A stretch of 63,738 nt of DNA, filler included. It is 5 parts of 5 records of this genome, joined end to end, with 100 filler letters (N's around TTAATTAATTAA, not from the genome) between each part and the next. Parts side by side here need not be neighbours in the genome. Positions count along the whole stretch, not along the records: positions 1 to 18,646 come from SRR2962707_4672; 4 more parts are not named here. One strand, 5' to 3'. A program made the translations under genes and the position numbers. The notes beneath the pieces were generated by a model, which ran no database searches, was not told where the DNA came from, and was given only the letters and a program-made list of their open reading frames with translations. This document shows, in pieces, positions 1 to 8,803 of this stretch. Each line of letters starts with the position of its first letter. The stretch's first letter is position 1.

Positions 1-544
1 CGCCAAGTCCGATCTGCGGATCCGGGCGGCGGACCCCGAAATTGCGCGCCACTTTTTGCCGGGGGGCACGGCGGTGCGCTGGGTCAGGCGCTGGTGGCAC
101 GGCTTGCCACGGGGGGCGATGATGCCGGATCGGTGACTCTGGCCGATCTAAAGGGCTACGTGCCGCGCAAACGCGAGGCGATTTTTTCAAGCTATGGTGG
201 TTATGAGGTTGCGGGGCCGCCGCCGCCTGCGTCTTCGGGGGAGCCTGCGGATTTTTCCGTCCGTTCTGCAGGCCATTGTTAACCTGATCGATCACGGTAT
301 GACCCCGCAGCAGGCTGTCGAGGCGCCAAAGGTCTGGACCGAAGGTGGCCATGTGGAGGTAGAGCCGTGCTTTGCCCATCACGTCGAGGCGTTTCAGGGC
401 AGGGGGCATGAGGTGCGGGTTGTGCCCCATATCGGGGGCGGGATGAATGCCATCGCCTTTGGCCCGGACGGTACGGTTTCGGCCCTGGGCGGCGGGCTGG
501 CGGTTCCGGCCCCACCAAGGCGGAGCCGGGTGCGACGTCAATAG
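1..544 (+). pseudogene. ggt: gamma-glutamyltransferase remnant with large internal deletions and frameshifts
   Basis: GGT-like blocks in different frames: 'VTLADLKGYVPRKREAIFSSYGGYEVAGPPPPASSG' (large subunit) directly abuts 'LRIFPSVLQAIVNLIDHGMTPQQAVEAPKVWTEG...GGGMNAIAF' (small-subunit C-terminus). The intervening region with the catalytic Thr is absent. Confidence 0.7.
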
Positions 545-1470
545 CCGCGCAAGGCGTCGGCCAGATCGGCGCAGGTGCCGGTCGCGTCAAAGGTTTTAAG
601 ATTGGCGGCGATGATCCGCCCGCCGGTGCCCGCGTCGATCTGCGATGCGACATGCGGCGTCACGGTTATGGCAGGATGGCCCCAGAAAGAATGATCAGCG
701 GGCAGGGGTTCAACATGAAACACATCAAGGGTCGCCTGTTTGATCGTCCCGCTCTCGAGCGCGGCCAGCAAGTCGTCATCCACCAGATGCCCGCCACGGG
801 CGCAGTTGATGATGCAGGCGTCCTTGGCAAGCTTGCCGAACAGATCGGCGTTCAGGATGCCGCTGGTGTGGTCGGTCAACGGCAGCAGGTTCACCAGGAT
901 CTCGCAGCCCGACAGGAAAGCGTCGAACTGATCAGATCCGGCAAAAGTTGTGACCCCGTTGATGGTCTTGGCGGATTTTGACCAGCCGCGGGTGGCAAAG
1001 CCGAGATCTGCAAGGGTCCGCGCCGCCGCCGCGCCAAGATTGCCAAGGCCCATGACACCGACGGTGCGCTGCGGCGCAACGGGTACGACGATGGCATGCC
1101 ATTCGGATTCGACCTGTGCGCGCCGCTGGCGTGGCATGTCGCGGTGGTGGCGCAAAACGTGCAGCGCTACATATTCTCGCATTCGCTGGGTCAGGTCGTC
1201 ACCCACGGTGCGGATGATCGGCACCCCGGCGGGCAGCTGTTCATCGGCCAGAACATGGTCGATTCCGGCACCGATGGACACAATCGCCCTGAGGTTGGGG
1301 AACTGTGCCATGTCGCCGGTGCGCGGACGCCAGACCACGGCGTATTCCACCGCCGCAGGATCGGTGATGTCATTCATCGCCTCAACGCTCCAGCCCGGCA
1401 GCAGCGATTGCAACATATCCACCCACCATTGGGTCTTGTCGTTGAGGGGAAGGTATACTGCGACGGTCAT
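538..1470 (-). CDS. ghrA: glyoxylate/hydroxypyruvate reductase A-like D-2-hydroxyacid dehydrogenase
   Basis: SIGAGIDH, GVMGLGNLG Rossmann motif, INCARGGHLV, LDVFHVEPLP, TPHVAS. Confidence 0.85.
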   Translation of the reverse strand: MTVAVYLPLNDKTQWWVDMLQSLLPGWSVEAMNDITDPAAVEYAVVWRPRTGDMAQFPNLRAIVSIGAGIDHVLADEQLPAGVPIIRTVGDDLTQRMREYVALHVLRHHRDMPRQRRAQVESEWHAIVVPVAPQRTVGVMGLGNLGAAAARTLADLGFATRGWSKSAKTINGVTTFAGSDQFDAFLSGCEILVNLLPLTDHTSGILNADLFGKLAKDACIINCARGGHLVDDDLLAALESGTIKQATLDVFHVEPLPADHSFWGHPAITVTPHVASQIDAGTGGRIIAANLKTFDATGTCADLADALRGY

Positions 1471-1508
1471 GCGGGTTCCTTTGGCTTTGAAAAGAGGTTG
1501 GAAATACT

Positions 1509-2423
1509 ATGAACTTCAAGCAGCTTGAAGCGTTCTACTGGCTGAGCCAGCTTGGCAACTACCGGCTGACGGCCACGCATCTGGGTCTGACCCAACCAGC
1601 GGTTTCGGCGCGCATCCATTCGCTGGAAAGTAGTTTGGGCAAGACGCTGATCGACCGCGAGGCACCGGCCTTTCGGCTGACCGATCAGGGTATGGAGGTG
1701 GCGGAGTTCGCGCTGCAGTTCCTGAACCTGCGCGAAACGATGAACGCCCGCCTGCTGGACAAGAAGATGCAGCGGCTGTCGCTGGGGCTGGCCGGGATGG
1801 TCGCCTTCAGCTGGGGGCCTGCGCTGCTCGAGAGGCTGCGGCAGACCTTTCCCGAGACGCATTTCGACATCTATTCCGGGTCGGACGTGCAACTGCGCCG
1901 CTTTGTCGAGGCGGGCACGCTGGACCTGGCGTTTACCGCCAGCGGCGATCCGGCGGGGGAGGCCAATTTTGTCACCCTGTTCGAGGTAGGCTGGGCCGCG
2001 CGGCCCGATGTGATCGAGGGCCACGCGCCGCCCCTGACCTCCGAGGCGCTGCGCCAACTGCCGCTGGTGCTCTACCCGCGCACTTCGCCGCTGTACAACC
2101 CGGTGGCGGACTACATCGACGAGATGCGCTCGCAGCCTGCACCGCGGCATTACGGCAATTCGCTGGCGACGATCTGCGAAATGGTGCGGCAGGGTTACGG
2201 TGCCTCGGCGCTGGCGCTGATGCCGCTGGAGCAGGACATTATCGCCGGTCGGCTGGTGCTGATCCCGGTGACAGAAACAATCGCGCCGCTGAGCGTGACC
2301 TGCACCCACGTCAACCGCGCCCGCAAAAAGCAGGTGGGCGCGGTGCTTGAACTGGCACGCGAGACGGCGCGGGACTGGTGTGCGATGCATCCGACCTACA
2401 GTTCCTTTTCCGACGGGGCCTAA
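1509..2423 (+). CDS. LysR-family transcriptional regulator
   Basis: N-terminal HTH 'MNFKQLEAFYWL...LTQPAVSARIHSLESSLG', 304 aa. Confidence 0.92.
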   Translation: MNFKQLEAFYWLSQLGNYRLTATHLGLTQPAVSARIHSLESSLGKTLIDREAPAFRLTDQGMEVAEFALQFLNLRETMNARLLDKKMQRLSLGLAGMVAFSWGPALLERLRQTFPETHFDIYSGSDVQLRRFVEAGTLDLAFTASGDPAGEANFVTLFEVGWAARPDVIEGHAPPLTSEALRQLPLVLYPRTSPLYNPVADYIDEMRSQPAPRHYGNSLATICEMVRQGYGASALALMPLEQDIIAGRLVLIPVTETIAPLSVTCTHVNRARKKQVGAVLELARETARDWCAMHPTYSSFSDGA

Positions 2424-2431
2424 GGGGGCCC

Positions 2432-3109
2432 TTAGCCGGCTGTTTTGGCCTGTACCATCTTTGTGGCACCGGACATTGCGCCCAGATGGGTGCCTTCGGT
2501 GATCTTAGCCTCATTGATCAGGCCGCGTTCGGTCTTTATCTCAGCCTGTTCGATGACCTCGTCCAGATCCTCGGGGGCGATGAACAGCACGCCAGAGTCG
2601 TCCGCCAGCACTGCATAGCCCGGCAGCACCGCAGCGCCGCCAATGCAAACCGGCACGTTAAAGCCGCCGCCCGAGTCGTACAGACGGGTGGTGACTGGCG
2701 ATGCCCCGCGCGACCACATCGGGAAATCCTGTTCGGCGATTTCGGCGGTGTCGGTGTGCGGGCCGTCGATGCAGCCGCCGGCAAGGCCGATCATCGCTGC
2801 CATACGGGTCACGCCGCCGCCCCAGCAGGCGTATTTCGTATCGCCCAGCCGGTCGACGGCCAGAAAGTAGCCCGGTCCGCACTGGCTTAGGCAATGGTGC
2901 AGCAGGGTGGAATCGAGGCCGGGTATGGCCAGGGTGGCGACGGTGGCGGCGATGACCTTGCCCGGTAGAACGGGCTGGATCGCGGGTGCTGCAAAGCCGA
3001 AATGGTAGAAATGGCCAATGGTGGCGGTTTCCAGTTTCGCCAGCCGGTCGAGTTTGTCCTGCGGGATCGGCGCGGGCATCGGGTTCATTTTATAGATGAG
3101 ATTTGACAT
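2432..3109 (-). CDS. RraA-like / HMG aldolase family protein
   Basis: ETATIGH, ACWGG, CIDGPHTD, VCIGGAAVLPG, LADDSGVL motifs. Confidence 0.85.
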   Translation of the reverse strand: MSNLIYKMNPMPAPIPQDKLDRLAKLETATIGHFYHFGFAAPAIQPVLPGKVIAATVATLAIPGLDSTLLHHCLSQCGPGYFLAVDRLGDTKYACWGGGVTRMAAMIGLAGGCIDGPHTDTAEIAEQDFPMWSRGASPVTTRLYDSGGGFNVPVCIGGAAVLPGYAVLADDSGVLFIAPEDLDEVIEQAEIKTERGLINEAKITEGTHLGAMSGATKMVQAKTAG

Positions 3110-3118
3110 GGGTTGTCC

Positions 3119-4402
3119 TTATTGTTTTCCGAGGATGAGATCGGGCAGGAAGGTCACGGTGAGCGGCACATAGGTCAGCAGGATTAGCACCGCGAAGAGC
3201 GGCAGCAGCATCGGCAGCACAGCCATGGTCACCTTTTCAAAGCGCACGCGGCCGACTTCGGCGACGATGTAGAGGCCGATGCCCATCGGCGGCGTGGCAA
3301 TGCCGATCAGCAGACCCAGCTGGATGATGATGCCAAAGTGCACCCGGTCGATGCCATAAGCGTCGATCAGCGGCAGCAGGGTGGGCACGAGTATCAGCTT
3401 GGCTGGGACGCCTTCGACCACGCAGCCGACGAGGATGATGAAGACCAGCAGCAAGGCAAGAAAGATGTTCTTGTCCTCGGTCAGGGCAAAGGTCCATTCA
3501 GCCAGCTTTCGAGGTGTCTGGTCGATGGCCAGCAGCCAGCCCATCGCGATGGAGAACGCGATGATGATCATGATCACTGAGGTCATCATGGCGGTGTCGC
3601 TGAGGGCGGCAAAAAAGCTTTTGACCGTCAGTTCGCGGTACCAGATTCCCAAAAGGATGCAGTAGAGGCAGGCCAGCACCCCGGCTTCGGTCGCGGTGAC
3701 GATGCCGAACATGATTGAGCCGAGGATGATCGCCGGGGCCATGAGAGCGGCAAAGCCGTGGCGCGCGGTGCCGGCGACTTCGCGCATGGTGGCGCGTTCT
3801 TGGGTCGGAAACTCTTCGAAACTGGCGCGGATGCGGACATAGAGCATCAATGCAAGACCGACGAGGAGGCCGGGGATCAGCCCCGCAAGGAACATCCGTT
3901 CGATGGATTGTTGCGCCAGGAAAGCATAGATGACCAGCCCGATCGAGGGCGGTATCAGCGGGCCGATGACCGAGGAGGCGACGGTGATTGCGGCGGCAAA
4001 GTCGGCCTTGTAGCCGCTTTCGCGCATCGCCTTGATCTCGATTGCGCCAAGGCCCGCGCAGTCCGCCACCGCCGCGCCTGAAATGCCCGCGAAGATCATC
4101 GAGGACATCACGTTGACTTGTGCGAGGCCGCCTTTGAGGTGGCCGACAAGCGCATTGGCGAAGGCAAAGATCCGGTGGGTGACGCCGGTCACGTTCATCA
4201 GATTCCCGGCCATGATGAAGAACGGCACGGCGGTGAGCGAGGCCTTGTTGACCCCTTCGAGCATCTGCTGCGGGATGATCTGCAGGGCGTTCGAAAAATC
4301 CGAGGTAAGAAAGGTCAGAACAGTCGCGGTGCCGATGGCAATCGCGATGGGCACCCGCAGCAGGATCAGTGCGATGAAGGTGCCAAAGAGGATCCATGCC
4401 AC
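3119..4402 (-). CDS. dctM: TRAP transporter large permease (DctM family)
   Basis: AVPFFIMAG, FAGISGAAVAD, GPLIPPSI, TATEAG, TPPMG; 427 aa, hydrophobic. Confidence 0.95.
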   Translation of the reverse strand: MAWILFGTFIALILLRVPIAIAIGTATVLTFLTSDFSNALQIIPQQMLEGVNKASLTAVPFFIMAGNLMNVTGVTHRIFAFANALVGHLKGGLAQVNVMSSMIFAGISGAAVADCAGLGAIEIKAMRESGYKADFAAAITVASSVIGPLIPPSIGLVIYAFLAQQSIERMFLAGLIPGLLVGLALMLYVRIRASFEEFPTQERATMREVAGTARHGFAALMAPAIILGSIMFGIVTATEAGVLACLYCILLGIWYRELTVKSFFAALSDTAMMTSVIMIIIAFSIAMGWLLAIDQTPRKLAEWTFALTEDKNIFLALLLVFIILVGCVVEGVPAKLILVPTLLPLIDAYGIDRVHFGIIIQLGLLIGIATPPMGIGLYIVAEVGRVRFEKVTMAVLPMLLPLFAVLILLTYVPLTVTFLPDLILGKQ

Positions 4403-4405
4403 GTG

Positions 4406-4969
4406 TCAGATCTCCGGATAGGTGTCAGTGACGTTCTCGGGCATCCCTGCGACCATCTTGGCAAGGTCGAGCAGGGCCGCGAGCGCGACAAGGAATGTTG
4501 AGACAAAGAGCGGCACAGATAGGGCGATGCGCGGCAATTCAAACCCGGCAGGCAGGATTGCGCCGTCAAAAACCCCGCGCGACGTGGCCAGCACCACGGG
4601 CAGTTCCCATAACAGCACGCCTGTCACCAGCAGAGCTGCCGCATCGGCCAGCACACGGGTAAAGGCCATGCCTGCCGGTCCCATCAGACCGGCGATGAAA
4701 TCGACACGCACATCCTTGAGCCGGGCATAAAGCGCGAAAAACCCGAAGAACGACAGCCAGATGAAGAACACCATCGTCCAGGGCCACATCCAGTAAGGCG
4801 CAAACCCCAAGGGGCGCAGGATAAAGGTGGCGGCCGTCAGGCCCAGCATGATCAGCAGGCAGATGTTGGACAGCCCCAGGAACACGCCACCCAGCGACCA
4901 GCTTAGCCGGTCAATGCGGTTGAGGGCCCGCTGCAGCGGACCCCTCGGCGTGTAGTCGTAGGGCGTCAT
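4406..4969 (-). CDS. dctQ: TRAP transporter small permease (DctQ family)
   Basis: 4-TM protein between dctP and dctM; 'FIWLSFFG...DVRVDF'. Confidence 0.85.
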   Translation of the reverse strand: MTPYDYTPRGPLQRALNRIDRLSWSLGGVFLGLSNICLLIMLGLTAATFILRPLGFAPYWMWPWTMVFFIWLSFFGFFALYARLKDVRVDFIAGLMGPAGMAFTRVLADAAALLVTGVLLWELPVVLATSRGVFDGAILPAGFELPRIALSVPLFVSTFLVALAALLDLAKMVAGMPENVTDTYPEI

Positions 4970-5967
4970 TGCGTTGGCGTCCGCGCGGCTTCGATGGCAG
5001 CCATGAAACCGTCGGGGAGTTCACCTGTTTCCTCCATCGCGGCATAATAAGCCTGCATCTTGGCAACCAGCGGCGCGGTGTCGATCACCGTGTAGGTGGC
5101 ACCGGTGGCTTCCATGCGGGCTATGGTTTCGTCGGCAACCGCGAACATCACCTCTTTGGAATAGTCACCCGCCTCGGCATAGGCCTTCATCAGCCCGGCG
5201 CGGGTGTCTTCGGAGAGATCTGCCAGCGCCTGTTCGTTCACCATGAACCCGATGGACTGCCAGTATTCGTCATGGCGCGCGATATAGGGCGCGACTTCGT
5301 TGAAGCGCATGGATTCGACCAGGGCAATGGGGGAATTCACCGCCTGCACGATGCCTTTGGATATGCCCTGATAGACTTCGGTCCATGGCAGAGTGACAAC
5401 TTCGGCGCCAAGGGTGTCCCAGGTTTCGATCGCGACCTTGTTTTCGTGCATCCGCAGCTTGATGCCTTCCATGTCGGCCGCCGTGTTGACCGGCACGTTC
5501 GACACCATCACGCGGAACGGGCCGCGCAGGATCAGGGTCGGATCGCCCAGTGGGCGTACACCGGATTCAGCGGCGGCATTGTCGAACCAGCCTGAAACAG
5601 TGTCGGAGACCATAAAGCGCTGCCAGTGGTCGTAATCGTCAAAGGCAAACGGCCCGGCGATCCAGGCCAGAGCGGGTTCCCATTTCTTGAGATAGCCAAA
5701 GCCTTCGGCGTAGATCTGCACGATGTTGGCCTGAAGCTGTTCCAGAACGGCGTCTTCTTTGCCAAGCTGTTCGTTGGGGTAGACGTCGATTTTCAGCTCG
5801 CCGCCGGTGTATTCCTCGGTCAGATCCGAGAAGTTCTCGAATACTTTGCCCTCGGGGCTATCGACTGGCATCTTGGTGGCCATGCGCCAGGTGGTTTCCG
5901 CCTGCGCGGTGCCACCCAAGGCCAGCGTAACGGCTGTACCAAGGGTGAGGGATTTCAGAAAGGTCAT
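4966..5967 (-). CDS. dctP: TRAP transporter substrate-binding protein (DctP family)
   Basis: Signal peptide from MTFLKS (AGGAG RBS upstream), YPNEQLG, DMEGIKLR, LPWTEVYQ. Confidence 0.92.
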   Translation of the reverse strand: MTFLKSLTLGTAVTLALGGTAQAETTWRMATKMPVDSPEGKVFENFSDLTEEYTGGELKIDVYPNEQLGKEDAVLEQLQANIVQIYAEGFGYLKKWEPALAWIAGPFAFDDYDHWQRFMVSDTVSGWFDNAAAESGVRPLGDPTLILRGPFRVMVSNVPVNTAADMEGIKLRMHENKVAIETWDTLGAEVVTLPWTEVYQGISKGIVQAVNSPIALVESMRFNEVAPYIARHDEYWQSIGFMVNEQALADLSEDTRAGLMKAYAEAGDYSKEVMFAVADETIARMEATGATYTVIDTAPLVAKMQAYYAAMEETGELPDGFMAAIEAARTPTQ

Positions 5968-6022
5968 GTCAGTTCTCCTTGTCGGTTGGTATTTTCCGGT
6001 TTGCCCGGCTTGAATTATGTCG

Positions 6023-6832
6023 TCAGTCAAAGAGGCCCTTGGCGACGTGATCGCGCACCAGACCGGCGCCGATGGCGGCCAGACGCGCGGTCAATGCCGC
6101 GCCGGTTTCAGCCGAACACAGGGTCGGATCGCAGCCGTAGGCACCTGTTTCGGTGGCTTCCAGCGCCTCGATTGGGACCTGGATCTTGGCGCCATCATAT
6201 GTGATCGTCGAAAAGCCCGAGATGTTGAGGCCCTTGACGGTGCTGCCCGTTGGGGCAGGGCGCGCAAGGTCAGGGCGCAGCAGGTCGGGGTAGAAGTGCA
6301 GCCCGACCGAGGTCAGCGGATCGCCGCCATGCCCCGAGGTTTTCGCCGCCGTTTCGGCGCCGATCAGGCCAGGCAATTCGCCGTAAGCCACCTGCCACAG
6401 ATACATCGACGGCACGAATAACCCGGCCTTTTGCCGCCAGCGCAGGGCGACTTCAGTGATCGCGGGGACGTTGCCGCCATGGCCATTGACGATCATCAGC
6501 TTGCGAATGCCGTGGCGGTGCAGGCAACCGAACATGTCATCCAGAATGCCGCAAAGCGTGGCGTGGCTGATCGAAATGCCGCCGTGGCTCGATTCAAAAT
6601 AATCCTTACCGCCGAAGGGGATCACCGGTGCGACAAAGGTGGGCACACCGTCTGCGCGGGCGGATTTGGCGATTTCAACCGCCATCAGATCCGCGGCGAG
6701 GTAGTCGCCCATCGGCGCGTGGATGCCCTGATCTTCGAGCGAACCCATAGGCAAGAGGACGACGGCATTGCCGTCCAGGTTCTGGCGCGCCTCTTCAGAG
6801 GTGAGTTCTGCCATGCGGATTTTGTCAATCAT
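6023..6832 (-). CDS. creatininase / creatinine amidohydrolase family protein
   Basis: LPMGSLEDQGIHAPMGD, NGHGGN and GHGG metal-binding motifs. Confidence 0.9.
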   Translation of the reverse strand: MIDKIRMAELTSEEARQNLDGNAVVLLPMGSLEDQGIHAPMGDYLAADLMAVEIAKSARADGVPTFVAPVIPFGGKDYFESSHGGISISHATLCGILDDMFGCLHRHGIRKLMIVNGHGGNVPAITEVALRWRQKAGLFVPSMYLWQVAYGELPGLIGAETAAKTSGHGGDPLTSVGLHFYPDLLRPDLARPAPTGSTVKGLNISGFSTITYDGAKIQVPIEALEATETGAYGCDPTLCSAETGAALTARLAAIGAGLVRDHVAKGLFD

Positions 6833-7085
6833 GTGAGTTTTCCCGTGTCCGGTGTTCGGTTATGGTGGGTTGCAGTGAACCGGCGTTGCGCGGTGCGTGT
6901 CCATTTCAAAGGACTTGTCGCGCGATAGAGGAGTTTTTTACCGGTCGTGATTTCATCGCCATGGTAGCGCCAAAGGGTTTGGGCTGGCGGGTGGTGGCAA
7001 ATCGCGTCAGGCGACATAGCGCGGCATCGGTGGGAGCTGCTGCGCAGGTCGGGGTCGCCGCGAACCGGGGTGACCGCAGGGCGGG

Positions 7086-7808
7086 TCACAAGCCGGGCTC
7101 GTAACGCCAATTGACCGCCAGTTCCGACACGCTGGCCGAATTGGGCAGCGTGACCACATCTGCCACAATGCGGGCAAGGTCCACGGGTTGGGTGATCTCT
7201 TCTCGGGGGAGGTCGTGGTTAAGGGTCATGTCAGTGGCGACAAAGCCCGGGCAGATGGCGCATGCGCGCACACCTCTGTCCCAACCGGCACGGCGGGTGG
7301 CGTGGGACAGCGCAACGGCGGCGTGTTTGGTCATCTGATAGCCCGCATTCAGGCTTAACACCCGTTTGCCCGACAAAGAGGCCAGCACGATCACGCGCCC
7401 ACGCCCGCTTTGACACAGGGCGGGCAGGGCGGCGCGGGTCAGGCGGAACGGCGCCTTGACGTTGATCGAGAGCAGCGCGTCAAGCACGGTTTCCATCGTG
7501 TCATCGTCCTGTGCCGGGTCTGGCATCAGCTCTAGCGGGCCGTCGATACCTGCACTGTTCACAAGCGCGTCTATCCGGCCAAAGCACGCCAACGTGGCGT
7601 CGGCTAACGAGGCGGCGGCCTGTGGTAGCGCAGCGTCATATGTCACGACAAGCGGGTTCAGCGCGCTAAGGTCGGCAGGCAGCGACGCCGGGTCGCGCAG
7701 GCCAAGCGCCAGACGATAACCGCGGCCAGCAAGCGCGCGGGCGATGGCAGCGCCAATGCCGCGGCTTGCGCCGGTGATCAGGGCGACGGGGGCGGTGTCG
7801 GGGGTCAT
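7086..7808 (-). CDS. SDR family oxidoreductase (resembles the agropine-synthesis reductase type)
   Basis: Start MTPDTAPVALITGASRGIG overlaps the stop of the upstream ATPase; NSAG, SLSGKRV, YQMTK catalytic motif, CPGFVATDM. Confidence 0.85.
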   Translation of the reverse strand: MTPDTAPVALITGASRGIGAAIARALAGRGYRLALGLRDPASLPADLSALNPLVVTYDAALPQAAASLADATLACFGRIDALVNSAGIDGPLELMPDPAQDDDTMETVLDALLSINVKAPFRLTRAALPALCQSGRGRVIVLASLSGKRVLSLNAGYQMTKHAAVALSHATRRAGWDRGVRACAICPGFVATDMTLNHDLPREEITQPVDLARIVADVVTLPNSASVSELAVNWRYEPGL

Positions 7809-8803
7809 TGGTTGCCTCCGGTGGGTCCGGCCTTGATGCAGGCGGCGCGCCAGTCCGGTCCCATGTCGCGAAAGGCCGGCACGTCGTTGGCGCAGGCGTC
7901 TTCGGCAAGGGGGCAGCGGGTGCGGAACGGACAGCCCGAGGGCGGGTTGGCGGGGCTTGGCAACTCTCCGGGCAGGATGCGGTCGGCGGCGCCGTCCGGG
8001 CGCGGGTGCAAAGAAGGCGTCGCCGCAAGCAGCGCGCGCGTATAGGGATGCGCGGGGGTGCCGAAAACCTTCTCGGCCGGGCCTTCCTCGACAATACGGC
8101 CCAGGTACATCACGGCGATGCGGGTGCACAGATGGCGCACGACGTGCAGGTCGTGGCTGATAAACAGCATGGCAAGGTCAAGGTCGCGGCGCAGGTCCAT
8201 TAGCAGGTTCACCACCTGTGCCTGGATCGAGACATCCAGCGCCGAAACCGGTTCATCCGCCACGATGAAATCCGGGCGGGTGGCAAGGGCGCGGGCCACG
8301 GCGATGCGCTGGCGCTGGCCTCCGGAAAATTCATGCGGGCGGCGTTCAGCTGCGGCCGCGGGCAGGCCGACCTGTTCGATCAGGCGCGTCACCTCGGTTC
8401 GGGTTTCGGCGGCGGGGACGATGTTATGCGTCCGGAGGCCGTCAGCGATCTGCGCGCCCACGCTGCGGCGCGGATCAAGTGAGCCGAAGGGATCCTGAAA
8501 CACCATCTGCATCCGGCGGGCCAGTTTGCGCCGCTCTGCCCCGCCATAGGTGGCAAGGTCGCGCCCGTCAAAGCTGACGGTGCCGGTGGTCGGCTCTTCC
8601 AGCCCCAGCATCATCCGCCCAAGGGTGGATTTGCCGCAGCCGGATTCGCCGACGATGCCGACTGTTTCGCCCTTGGCGAGGGTGAGCGTGACGTCGCGCA
8701 CCGCCCAGACATCCCGCCACTGGCCGAACAGGCCCTGACGGGTGGCAAAGTTGCGCCCAAGCGTGGCGGCGCCGATCAGCGGCGGGGCGGTGTCGGGCAT
8801 CAT
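7805..8803 (-). CDS. oligopeptide/dipeptide ABC transporter ATP-binding protein (OppF/DppF-like)
   Basis: GESGCGKST, FSGGQRQR, DEPVSALD, C-terminal GCPFRTRCP. Confidence 0.95.
   Translation of the reverse strand: MMPDTAPPLIGAATLGRNFATRQGLFGQWRDVWAVRDVTLTLAKGETVGIVGESGCGKSTLGRMMLGLEEPTTGTVSFDGRDLATYGGAERRKLARRMQMVFQDPFGSLDPRRSVGAQIADGLRTHNIVPAAETRTEVTRLIEQVGLPAAAAERRPHEFSGGQRQRIAVARALATRPDFIVADEPVSALDVSIQAQVVNLLMDLRRDLDLAMLFISHDLHVVRHLCTRIAVMYLGRIVEEGPAEKVFGTPAHPYTRALLAATPSLHPRPDGAADRILPGELPSPANPPSGCPFRTRCPLAEDACANDVPAFRDMGPDWRAACIKAGPTGGNQ

Noticed and set aside
7086-8129. 347-aa ORF suggesting an N-terminally extended SDR
   Set aside because: The extension overlaps the ABC ATPase in another frame; the real start is most likely 7808.
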